DNA of 61,755 nt, the filler included, from Sphacelaria rigidula (Eukaryota), in the NCBI GenBank assembly GCA_964200075.2. It is 6 parts of 6 records of this genome, joined end to end, with 100 filler letters (N's around TTAATTAATTAA, not from the genome) between each part and the next. Parts side by side here need not be neighbours in the genome. Positions count along the whole stretch, not along the records: positions 41,240 to 51,447 come from CAXNAA020006927.1; positions 51,548 to 61,755 come from CAXNAA020006928.1; 4 more parts are not named here. The stretch is one strand, 5' to 3'. Below the pieces are notes generated by a model. That model was not told the origin of the DNA. It ran no database searches and was given only the letters and a program-made list of their open reading frames with translations. Position numbers and translations under genes: made by a program. Shown here one piece after another: positions 51,376-61,755 of this stretch. The stretch's first letter is position 1. Every line of letters starts with the position of its first letter.

Positions 51376-51447
51376 GCCGGTCGCCCCGGTGGCTCAGTTG
51401 GTAACCTCGTAACCTTCTGATGTTTGAGTTGGGGGGTTCGATTCCCG
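51376..51447 (+). mobile_element. tRNA-derived SINE head, truncated by the contig end
   Basis: gccggtcgccccGGTGGCTCAGTTGG ... GGTTCGATTCCC. Confidence 0.8.
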
Positions 51448-51547
51448 NNNNNNNNNNNNNNNNNNNNNNNNNNNNNNNNNNNNNNNNNNNNTTAATTAAT
51501 TAANNNNNNNNNNNNNNNNNNNNNNNNNNNNNNNNNNNNNNNNNNNN
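51448..51547. other. Assembly linker between contigs 5 and 6
   Basis: N44-TTAATTAATTAA-N44. Confidence 0.99.
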
Positions 51548-51596
51548 ACCACCAGATGGTTACGAGGTTACCAACTGAGCCACCGGGGCGACCGGC
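51548..51596 (-). mobile_element. tRNA-derived SINE head, truncated by the contig start; a degenerate copy lies at 51880-51975
   Basis: Reverse complement of the 51376 head. Confidence 0.8.
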
Positions 51597-52359
51597 ATAA
51601 GTAGTATAAAACCGGTATTTTATCGGTAGACACCCACGCTTTCAAACCATACCGGATTGTTCGGAGCAAGGCCTGATACCCTCCTGGACCATCCCGAGCC
51701 ATTCAGTAAACATTTCGCGGTGTGGCTTATTAGTGAGCCAACCAACGCTCATTAGTGAGCCAACCAACAGTCCACCACTTCCGGGTATACACTATCTAAG
51801 CAGAACACAACGTTGATTTATCTTCTGTGCTACTCACGTGCTCGCGTTTTCAACAACGAAAATCAGACGCTTCCCCGAAAAAAAAGTCCCACACTTCATT
51901 TTTAGGGAATCGGACCCGCAGTCTTTTGATTTGTTCGTCTTCCGTTGTACCAATTAGACCACCGGGGCGACCGCCATGCCATGTGTATGTTATTTTCCAG
52001 CGTTTGAACCTACGGGTCTCTCGTTGGGTGACGACTATGACAAAATGTCATCATCCATCATACCGGCACTCCGACGACACGAACAACAGGATGTCAAGGT
52101 AGGCTATACGGGGAGCATGCCATGCGCTATATAACTAATAAACTAGGATGCTATTTTTTCGATGTCTCCTACCTCATACCTATCGATAACAGCCATACTA
52201 CCCCTTCTCATCTGTCCATACCACGGACTACCTTTCTCACAGTACATGGGGGAAAAAAGGTCATTCGACTATTTTCCCGTTTTATTAAAAAGGGTTTCCC
52301 GAATAGAGGCCCTTCAGAACTTGCCGAAGATAAAAAAAAACACACACAAAACCTTTAAT

Positions 52360-52720
52360 GATATTTCAACAAGGAAAAGCAGGACCGACCCGGAACCAAA
52401 CAACCACATATGAGGCACGTACATCGCGTTGTACTGCACTACCGCAGCACGTCCCCGACGCAAGTGCGAAGACTTACTAATATTTCGACAAGGAAAGCAA
52501 GACCGTCCCAAAACGATCACATGATAGGCACGTACACTGGGCTGTACTGCACTACTGCAGCACGTCCCCGAAGCAAGTGCGAAGATTGAATAATCTTTCG
52601 AAAAGGAAAAGCAAGACCGCCCCGAAACAAAACAACCACATGATAGGCACGCACACTGCGCTGTACTGCACTACTGCAGCACATCCGCCTACTGTAGGCA
52701 AGTGCGAGGACTGAATACAA
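52360..52720 (+). repeat. ~115-bp tandem repeat, 3 copies
   Basis: aaggaaaagcaagaccg...acatgataggcacg...tgtactgcactactgcagcacgtcccc...caagtgcgaagac. Confidence 0.85.
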
Positions 52721-54382
52721 GCGAATAAAGCAAAACATCACCTGAGGTACGCAACAAAACCATGCTCCCGTGATAAACAATAGTGATACGGGAGAGGCCC
52801 AAAAGCTTTCCAGCAGTCGTAAAAATAACACCATACGCTACTCCTTTAAAATATGTGATGACCATCCCTTTCTCCGACTCTGGGTTACAAAGAATCAGGA
52901 AAATATCCTCCACAATATATGCTCACCGGATCCCACTACTCCATATTTCAGAATACACGAATTGCAATTGCCGCCACCATTAACCTCTACACTGTACGAT
53001 ACGATGATGCGCAAAAAATGCACCAGAATATCTCTCCACTGCGATCGGAAGGCCTACCAGGATAGGAGCGCCGAGCGGCATTAGACACAGTCTCATGATA
53101 TCAAAATATTACAAAACTAAACCGGAGACTTTATGGAGTATGCATAGATATTCATCTACACATATACTACGCCTAAAGTCGGACAACCTTCGAAAACATT
53201 CACAAAAACAAACTTGTACAAAAAAATAATACCGTATCGTGCCGCATGCGCAAATGGTACGGCAGCACCATACCGTAGCGTACAGGATAGTCGTATCAGT
53301 GAAAGCAAACACTCGCCTTTCAAAACACCATCAAACATACACACACAACACACCACAAAATTGCGACTATCTCTGGGGAACTTTCGCCGATTTCCGGGAA
53401 AAGATACCCCCAACAGTGAGCGGAACGAGAGGTGAATATAACGCAGCGTTCTAATCTATCAGACATCGTCAAAACTCACGGATGCCAAGCCTGAATTGAA
53501 AACTGCGGATACATTGTCCCCTTCTCTCCGAACACCGCTGAAATTTCTGCTGGAGAGGCGGAGTGCCATTATCAGTAAGTGCTTCCTCCCCGCAAGCCTG
53601 GTCCGGCGAAAAAAAACCGGCGTGCTCCGTCTTTGCAGGGATGCGAGGCCAATGGCCATATGACTACGGCATGCAAGATCATTAGTACACCCCTCCGCCG
53701 CCCCCCCGCCGCCCTATCAAGCTGCGCCCTTGGTGCGCACCCTATTTACCTGTTCCGTCGGCTACATCGCACGTCTCCAAACCTAGGCTTGGGAGTCATC
53801 GTCTTTCATCGCACTAGCGTCGATGGTGGCTTGCGAGACTTGCATTGGTGGCTGCGGAGGTTGCTGTTTCGGACAAGGGAAGGTTTGCCAACATAGAAAA
53901 AAACAGACGAAAAGAGCACCCACGACCAACGTGTGTCAACAAAACAGCGGCGCAAGGCAACAGGAAAGGGGAGGTAGGGGGAGGGGGGGGAGGGGGAGAG
54001 GATGTAAATTGCTGCAAAAGCCTTCATGTTACTGACCGAGCCTGCTCAGACTCACAGTATACTTCTCGCACCCGCTGAAAATGACATCCTGTAGCTATGC
54101 GAGGCAAACGTTCCTCGCGTTGACGGCATCCTGACAAACACCAAGAGTACTTGGAAACGGGAGGGACGACCGTGATACAGTGTGTGATGTCGCACATGCC
54201 AGGGTGCTCACGTAGGTCTTGTACTATATATATATATATATACTTCAGCCCTCCATACAAGCTAGCTTCTCACTGAGCGAGAGCAGGAACCAAAACACGA
54301 AATCATCAAAAGGAATTGGAACCACAGAAAAACAAGGATGGACATGAGACAAGATAGGGGCGGAGGAGGCATTCGATCTCAC

Positions 54383-54701
54383 CGAGTCAAACTTGAGAGG
54401 CGCTGGAGATTCTCCATGCACCACCCTTGGCCGAGGTGCTCGACTCACGCCTCCACCAGCACCCGCATCACCGACGCCTCCGGGCCTTTTTCTTCCTACT
54501 TTCCAGCAGCCCATCATGGAATCCTCCAACAAAGCATCCTCCTCCTCTAGCACCCACGTTGGCTCGGGAGTCCACTCGGGAGCCCCGATCTCGTGATTAA
54601 AAGGCATCACCACCACGAATCGGAACGACCAGAACGCGCAGACCGCTCCGAGGACCAGTCCCGCGAGTACGTCGTCAGGTCGGTGCCAAAAATCTCGAAT
54701 T
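54383..54701 (-). CDS. PAP2/lipid phosphate phosphatase-like gene, exon carrying most of the C3 motif (R|IRDFWHRPDDVLAGLVLGAVCAFW...)
   Basis: tag|A acceptor in phase 2; the R-x5-H-x3-D motif is completed across the junction; the 3' end is either the donor at 54383 or read-through to the stop at 54245. Confidence 0.85.
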
Positions 54702-55685
54702 CTAAACAGACGGAGGGGAAAGGAGGCGGGGGGGATGACCAACACACCAAGAGTTGGTTCGGGAACGATCAACGTATGCACCATCATCGTTGACATCTGA
54801 TGTCATCGAGGTGTCGACCACGCTTCCGGTCGTCACATGCACCTCCTGGCTGTCGCTAGCATGCAATAGCTGACGAGGATTCGGGGGAGGGGGGCAACGA
54901 GCATCATCCTGTCTGTTCATGACGATAGGAAATTGTTCTGAGTACCACATAACAAGAAGAAGAACGAGAATTTCCCACCGTATTTTACACTATGGCTACG
55001 CAGTTCCGAAATCACCGTGTGCTGCAAAATTCGCACCACCAAATATATACGTTTATGTTTATGCACGGTTTTGCACGTTACTCTCATCTCTTTCATATAC
55101 AGACAACGAAAACATCATCAACCCGACCGAAATATCAGCGGCAGCAGCAGCGGCGGCGGCGAGGGTATGTAGAGTACGTCATCTCCAGTCCACATCCAGG
55201 TGTATAAGAATGCTGATTGTTGATGCAGCGCTTTGGATGTGAGGTTTACATGAGATCGGGAGATTGTATATTCTCTGGAGCATGACCGTGGCTGCCTGAT
55301 ATTTGATATGTGTGTGCAGATGTGCCGATCACTTCCTGTAACGAAGATCCTGTGTGCTTGTGAACAACATCCATCTGTCTTGACGTTTCCAAGCCCTAGT
55401 GAGGGAAGAAGCCCTTGGAGTAGTCCTGCGACCTTGGTCTGACTCCAGACAGGTGTAAAATAAACGTTTACTCAGGAAAACCTGCAGGTTTCCGGGTTAG
55501 GCTTTTCCAGCAGCGAGGGGTCTCCGTACACTTTTGCAAAGCTCACCGTCTGCAAAGAAGCGAGGACGCTCGCCAAAAGACAGAGAGACGGCTACGTTAA
55601 CTGCAAGCACTGCACGCTGCGATCCTTCGCCAAGAAGCGTGTACGCAGTGCTTCATCAGGTCTACAGGCAGCAACAACATCACAC

Positions 55686-55789
55686 CTCGTGATCCCCATG
55701 AGAATAGCGGCGAGAGGAACGGTGGCCAGCGCAAACCCTCCAAGCACAGCCAGCACCAGGGTGACTCTCGGGTGTGATCGACGTCGCCA
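55686..55789 (-). CDS. PAP2-like exon (WRRRSHPRVTLVLAVLGGFALATVPLAAILMGITR)
   Basis: cag|TGG ... AG|gtgtga, phase 0-2; transmembrane helix ending in the C3 'TR'. Confidence 0.85.
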
Positions 55790-56179
55790 CTGTTGGCAGC
55801 AAGTAAAAAAACGCATTTCACAAGGCAGGAGCTTTTGGCGAACACCGAGAGGGAACGTTGACACAACACAAAAGACCAACACAAGATACCTGGCGAGCAT
55901 CGAGTGAACCAGGGCAAAACAGGGGAGATTCAAATACGGGCTACGCGAGGACAGACTCTACCTACAGTACACCTACAGCAATTTTCAGCCCCCTTTGGGA
56001 CACCACCATACCCGACGCCATACGCCACTCCGGAAATGCACTAATCCATTGCGTTCGAAGGCACGCCGTGGGGCGTAGGCGCGCGGGGGGGCGTACTAAT
56101 TTTTTGCATGCCTTGGTCATTTGACCAGTGACCATGCATCCCTTTCGAGACGGAGCACCGTTCCTAGGCGTAGGAGGGA

Positions 56180-56500
56180 GGTGCTGGGTGGGGGTGTACT
56201 CATGATATTGCATGGCGTAGTCGTACGACCACTGACCTCGCATCCCTACAAAGTCGGGGAGGACACCGGGTTTTCGCCGGACTAGGCTCGCAATCAACGA
56301 CCAAGCGCCAATCGCCTTGATGTGTTCGGCGAGTAGCAGGAAGGACGGGCCACATCGTATTGAAGATTGTCCGGCAAGATGCGCACTAATTACCTTGCAT
56401 ATGGGTGACAGCCTCGCATGAGTTGTTTCATTTTCTGGTATCTGGTATCGCCACTTTCAGAGACAGCTACAGGCTACACTGCTTCATGGGCATCTCACCA
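56180..56500 (-). repeat. Abundant ~600-bp interspersed repeat, partial copy
   Basis: Reverse complement of 58770-59050. Confidence 0.8.
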
Positions 56501-56669
56501 GGGGGGGGGGGGGGGTGATCGGGGGGAAGGAAGCCGCTGGCTAGTTTGGACGTATGCCGTGGGATGTCTTTGAGGACTAGGAAAAACTTGCTTTGGATTT
56601 GTTTGGCTCTCGACACAAACGACAGTATGTAGCGAGTTGGATCACTGCAGCTGGTTTGTGCGTGCGTGC

Positions 56670-56711
<42 letters not shown>

Positions 56712-56995
56712 TCGACCACATGATCACATGATGTCGCGCTTCAAAGCGTGTTGATGTGAACAGCGTGATTTTCGAGGAAACACGCTCGCAATACTCAGTC
56801 TTCTCATCTTTAGTCCAACCAACGATGGCATGATAAGTAAGCCAGTGCTGCCGAAACACAAACTTTACAGAGTGGACAGTGTCAAGCTCGCCCACGAAGC
56901 TCTTTCTCACGACGCTAGCTTTTTATGGCCCGCAGATGGCAGAACGATCGAGACACTCTCGCGAGAAAAAAAGACTGCAAAAATGCTACGCTCGC

Positions 56996-57109
56996 CTGCA
57001 CGAGCGCCATGAGATCTCTCCAAAGCACGAACGCCAAGAACAGGAGGCCCGCCATGGATACGGCCGCTGTGCGCGACGGCCACCCCAGCACCGACTCCAC
57101 CACGTAATC
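56996..57109 (-). CDS. PAP2-like exon with an altered C2 motif (DYVVESVLGWPSRTAAVSMAGLLFLAFVLWRDLMALVQ)
   Basis: cag|GAT acceptor; occupies the 'e...SFPSGHss.sfag..fl' position; probable GC donor CAG|gcgagc. Confidence 0.78.
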
Positions 57110-57389
57110 CTGTGAAAAAAATGAGACGCAATCGAACAAACGATTCGAAGAGGAATGCAAGAAGGAGCAAATTCAATCAAAACACAGGAAGAAAACGGGA
57201 GGGGGGGGGGGGGGGGGGGGGGTTTTGTGTAAGGAAGAGGAGTATATTAAAAAAAAAAAAAAAAAAAAACAAAAAACAGACACAAGAAAGANNNNNNGAA
57301 GGGGGGGGGGGGGGGGGGGGGGGGGGGTATACTGTAAGTAAGTAGTATATTATATCAAGAAAAACAGTCAAGCAACATACACATGCTCA

Positions 57390-57660
57390 CAGCGGATGCC
57401 CGGAAGACTTTGTTCATTCGGGACAAAAATCGAGCAATATAAAGATCAGGTCAGCTCGCGTCCCGCCCGGAAGGCTTGCTTCATCCAGAGCACAAACCAG
57501 GATCAGGTCAACACGCGTCCCGCCCAGAAAATTTTGTTTATTTCAGAACAAAAGCCAAGCAATATCAGGTCAACTCGCGCCCGCCTGGAAGACTCCGTAC
57601 GGACTGTACAGGGCCGACAAGAACACGTCCGTCCCACCCGGAAGATTTTGCAGCGGTGCG
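57390..57660 (+). repeat. ~55-60-bp intronic minisatellite, 4-5 copies
   Basis: Recurring atcaggtcaac.cgcgtcccgcccggaaga. Confidence 0.75.
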
Positions 57661-57816
57661 GTCAAGGTATAAAAATAAAAATAAAGTGCTGAATAAATCA
57701 TCTAAATGTTATTGAACCGTCTGACACGACAAGAGGAAGCATGAACCATACGGACAAGCACGGTGTGCATGTGTACGTCTGTAGCACTCCCTGGATAGTG
57801 ACAATTTATGGTCAAT

Positions 57817-57940
57817 AGTTGCAACAGACAAAAATGTACTGCTTTCAGTATAGGCCTATTGCAAATATTGACCATTTATATCCGACAATAGTTGCAACAG
57901 GCCTATACTGTAAGCAGTAATTTTTTTGTCTGTTGCAACT
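57817..57940. repeat. 124-nt near-perfect intronic palindrome (mini-MITE or miRNA-like hairpin)
   Basis: agttgcaacagacaaaaa..tactgct..cagtataggcct.ttgcaa.tattg and its reverse complement. Confidence 0.85.
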
Positions 57941-57998
57941 CATCACCATGTCCTCTCATTGTCCACGATGTCGTCCGTGGTACTACTCGACAACACAC

Positions 57999-58070
57999 CT
58001 TGCCGGAGGCCGCTCGCTCGGAAAACGCTCGGAGAGCGAAATAGTTTGGCCTTGGTCGCCCAGTCAAGAC
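57999..58070 (-). CDS. PAP2-like exon with the C1 motif (K|VLTGRPRPNYFALRAFSERAASGK)
   Basis: cag|GTC ... AAG|gtgtgt, phase 0-0; K-x6-RP motif spans the junction. Confidence 0.88.
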
Positions 58071-58499
58071 CTGAATTGTCGGAAGACAAAAAAGGAACAA
58101 AAACGAATGGTTGTGTGCTGAGGATGGGCGCGAAGGAGAGCACCATGTATTGGTGGTAACACGTTCCCGTGCCATCTCAGAGCAGGATTCGATTCGGATG
58201 ACGAGAATCACGAAGTAGTTATTTTGCCATTATTTTCTTGACCTTTCTCCACTGACGTAAAAGTTATGTAAGCTGCACCCTTGATTTTCATTTCCAGTCG
58301 TAAGGGTTCGGCCACTTCACCTGTGCGGCCAGCAGCGGCGCAAGAGTCAACCATTCAATCTTAATTGAAAAAGTACATACGTTTTTATCAAATGTATTTT
58401 GCCATGAGTCTAATTTTTTTAGAACGGATATTCCGGGTTAATATTTGAAGCACGGCACCAATTCTTCCAACTCCTGAGCAGCAAGACCCCCCCTCCGCT

Positions 58500-59050
58500 C
58501 ACCCGCCTTAGCCTGGTCCCGCGAGAGCCTGGCGTGCTCCATCCCGGCATTGTAGGGACGGATTTCCTATGGGATTGGCATCGGTTGGCTATGACGCTGT
58601 GAAACACGTCACATACTGCGTAAGCTAGGCAACCAGGGTACCGTTTTTTTTGTGCGATTTCGTTCTTTTGGGGTAACCATGATGGTAGTCGAGCTAGATC
58701 ATAGTGTTCGGCTTGGGAGAACCCCAACTCCGCGCAAAGGGGGTGATCGTACTACGTTGTGTTCAAATAGTGGGACACCCAAGAGGCAGTGTATAAGCCG
58801 TGGCTGTCTCTGGAAGCGGCGATACCACAAAACGAAGCAACTCGTTGGAGGCTATCATCCAACTGCAAGATAATCAGTAGGCTTCGGACCGAAGAATCTT
58901 AGCAGGATACAGCTCACACTTCCTGGGTGCTTGGTGATTGATTGCGAGCCTCATCCGGCGATAACTTGGCGTGCTCCGTCCCGGCTTTGTAGGGATGCGA
59001 GGTCAATGGTCATATGACTACGGCATGCAAGATCATGGGTATACCCCCCG
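58500..59050 (+). repeat. Most complete copy of the abundant interspersed repeat (unclassified, non-autonomous)
   Basis: Homologous segments occur at eight or more places in the window, on three contigs. Confidence 0.85.
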
Positions 59051-59412
59051 CCCGCCCACTCCATATACACACAATATAACGTCTAACCACGGGCTCGAGT
59101 GATTGGGCAAATGCGCGTAATAATGATGGAGTAATATAAATACCTGTTGGAAGAAAATGAACAACAACAACAACAACAACAACAATAACAGCAACAGCAA
59201 CAGAAATCACAATAATATAAAACAAGTGTTCCCTCCTTTACTGGCATGTCCAGCCATGTCCTCAAACCAGCTCGAGACCACCGTGCCCCCCCCCCCCCCC
59301 GCCTTGCCTCCCCCCGCCCTCCCCGTTGCTCTCCACCTCCATTTCCCCCCGTGTACAAGAAAACTTGCCCGGAAACAGGGCTTCCGCGTACAAGCTGATT
59401 GCACGCACGCAC

Positions 59413-59531
59413 CTTGGTGACGGCAGTGAACGCGAGGGCGGTGGCCAGCGATGCTGTCAGCCCTAGACACGTGTCCAACGAGTAGAAACCCACTCGCAGA
59501 TGCCATCGCTTCTTGCCCCACGCACCCTCCA
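59413..59531 (-). CDS. PAP2-like exon (EGAWGKKRWHLRVGFYSLDTCLGLTASLATALAFTAVTK)
   Basis: cag|TG ... AAG|gtgcgt; 'lGL..s...t...T...K' helix preceding C1. Further upstream exon candidates at ~59640-59725 and ~61385-61477 have an ambiguous frame. Confidence 0.85.
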
Positions 59532-59769
59532 CTGCGACACATACACCGGCACACGGGCACACAAGCGGGACACGTCCACGACATTCAAATGCACGACATT
59601 CAAAGTGTTGAATATATGTACAGTATTGGGCGTGAGACCAGGCGAGGTAGCCAAGCTGTACGAGCGAAGGAACTGGTTCCGCGGTGGATCTAGTTGCCCG
59701 ATCCGGCGCGGCCATGCTTGGGAGTCTGGCGTGAGGGGGTAGGGAGGGGTGCAGTCACGGTCTCAAGTG

Positions 59770-60240
59770 CCGTAGTCGTGGGACCATTGACCTCGCATCC
59801 CTACAAAGCCGGGACGAAGCACGCCGGGTTTTCGCCGAACCAGGCTCACAATCAATCACCAAACCCGAAGCGCCGTGATGTGTTCGGCGGGTCACATGAA
59901 GGGAAGCCTGCACCCTGCTGAGCTTGTTCGGCCCGAAGCGTACATGATTATCTTGCACTTGGATGACAGCCTCCGATGAGTTGCTTCATTTTCTCGTATT
60001 GGCACTTCCAAGACAGCCACGGGTTACGCTGCCTCCCATGGGTGCCTCACCATTTCAACACTGGGTAGTATGATCATCCCCTTCGCGCGGAGTCAAGGTT
60101 CTCCACCTCACACGGTATTTTCTAACTTGATTACCATCATGCTTACCGCAAAACAACGCAAGCGAGAAAAAACGGTCACCTAGCTGCCTAACTTACGCAG
60201 TGAGTGGCGTGATTTACCGCGTCGTTGCCACCCGTTGCCA
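59770..60240 (-). repeat. Abundant interspersed repeat, inverted copy
   Basis: Reverse complement of 58570-59040. Confidence 0.85.
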
Positions 60241-60320
60241 GCCCTGGGTGGGTGGGCGGGGGGCTCTCTAGAAAGGGGTGATAGCGACTCCCAGCATGCA
60301 CGCTCGTGCTATGCTGCCTT

Positions 60321-60890
60321 TCGAGGGTAGGTCGAGTAGAGTATACTCAATACTCAGTATTTTTGAAGAGTCATACTTTCAGTGCTCGAAGTTTGAGTAG
60401 AGTATTCGACGTCGTACTCAACCGACTCAATTATTCGAGTAGAGTATTTGAGATCATACTCAGTCTACTCGAAATTTGAGTAGAGGTCATACTTAAGTGA
60501 TACTCTATACTCAAGTAGTACTTGAGAGTGCTTACTCAAAATTTGAGTAGAGTATTTGAGGTCGTACTCGACCTACTCAAAATTTGAGTAGAGTATTTGA
60601 GACCATACTCGACCTAATCAAAATTTGAGTAGAGTATTTGAGGCCGTGCTCGACCTACTTAAAATTTGAGTAGAGTATTGAGGTCATACTCAAACGATAC
60701 CCTATACTCAAGCATTGGTGAGAGTGCTCACTCAAAATTTGAGTAGAGTATTAGAGGTCGTACTCGACCTACTCAAATTTTGAGAAAAGTATTTGAGTCC
60801 GTACTCGACCTGCTCAAACGTCGAGTAGAGTAAGTACTTGAGTATTTTACTCGAGTACTCAAAAGTACATACTCTACTCGACCTACCCTT
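60321..60890. mobile_element. Non-autonomous hAT-like element filled with ~39-bp GAGTA/TACTC tandem units
   Basis: 20-bp TIRs AGGGTAGGTCGAGTAGAGTA / TACTCTACTCGACCTACCCT; 8-bp TSD GCTGCCTT at 60313-60320 and 60891-60898. Confidence 0.85.
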
Positions 60891-61619
60891 GCTGCCTTCA
60901 CCTGATTCTCCCTGTATGCCTTAACCCACAAACGCAACAGCCACTATTGCTTCGGGTGTTACCGTCGGCACAAAAGAATGCATGCACACCAGTGACATTT
61001 GAAGAAAATATCTCAAAGTCAAGTTGATGACGAATCACGCATTTCTCTCTCTCACGGTTATTCGATAACCTTCCCCCCCCCCCTGCCCCCTGCTCCGTCT
61101 CGAGAGGGATGCGTGGTCAAAGGTCAAACGACTCAGGCAAGCAACAGATGAGTATGCTCCTCCCCCCCTCCGCCCTCTCTCCCCCTTCTGTATGTATTCG
61201 TTCGTGTGTGTCAATGCTACCCCTTAACTGCTCTCGCTTCACTAGCCCCGTCTCCCCTCCCTCCCCCCAAGCTTCCCCCCTCCCTGCTTTAGTAGGTCAA
61301 TGGCCATATGACCACGGCAAGCAAGATCATGAATACACCCCTCCCTGCTACTGTAACCTGGTAACGGTAGGGTATGCATCTCACGTGGGTCGCGATTTTG
61401 GGCCTGCTGACATTCCTCCGAAATACGCTTGTCCCATAACCTTCCCAGCAAGAAACCTCGCACCAGCAGAATCAAACCTGACCAGCGCAAAAATTAAGAA
61501 GAAAAAAAAACAACGAAGGAGAGACAAAAAAAATCGCGCAAAAACATAGTTATGCACCGAACAAAATGTGATGGGGGTGAGGTGAGGAGATGGAGCCAAT
61601 GTTGTCCCTTCCCCCCCTC

Positions 61620-61740
61620 CCGTTCGCGCTTGGTGATTGATTGCGAGCCTGGTCCAGCGAAAACCCGGCGCGCTCCGTCCCGGCTTTGTAGGGATGCGAG
61701 GTCCATGGTCATATGACTATGGCAGATCATGAGTACCCCC
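61620..61740 (+). repeat. 3' part of the abundant interspersed repeat (another fragment at 61280-61345)
   Basis: ggctttgtagggatgcgaggtccatggtcatatgactatggca. Confidence 0.85.
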
Positions 61741-61755
61741 CCCCCCCTCCCCCCC

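Noticed and set aside
51376-51596. Inverted repeat (SINE heads) spanning the gap
   Set aside because: The two halves are on different concatenated contigs, both of which simply break in the same high-copy SINE
60390-60830. CRISPR-like regular repeats
   Set aside because: The units are contiguous with no unique spacers, are enclosed by TIRs and a TSD, have no cas genes nearby and lie in a eukaryotic intron

Overview
Eukaryotic, intron-rich, repeat-rich DNA. The gene and repeat content (EsV-1-7 repeat protein, GT-AG introns of 1 kb or more, tRNA-derived SINEs, RTE LINEs) points to a brown alga or related stramenopile; that assignment is inference. The window is not one locus. It is six contigs of 10210, 10210, 10210, 10209, 10208 and 10208 bp joined by identical 100-nt N/TTAATTAATTAA linkers, i.e. 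a size-sorted concatenation, so adjacency across the linkers carries no meaning. Supported genes: four phase-compatible exons of an ABCG/White-type transporter (contig 2, minus); a head-to-head pair of first exons, one with a bactofilin-like beta-helix start (contig 3); an intronless ORF with about 14 intact 38-aa EsV-1-7 Cys/His repeats (contig 5); and five exons of a PAP2/lipid phosphate phosphatase-like gene whose PSGH motif reads PSRT (contig 6). Mobile DNA includes Copia, chromodomain Gypsy, RTE-LINE, DD39D mariner and probable MULE remnants, Stowaway-like and hAT-like non-autonomous elements, SINEs, and an abundant ~600-bp interspersed repeat. The best leads are the EsV-1-7 array (a possible modular binding code with recent block duplications), the Gypsy integrase tail with a chromodomain plus a PWWP/Tudor-like domain, and the eukaryotic bactofilin-like exon.
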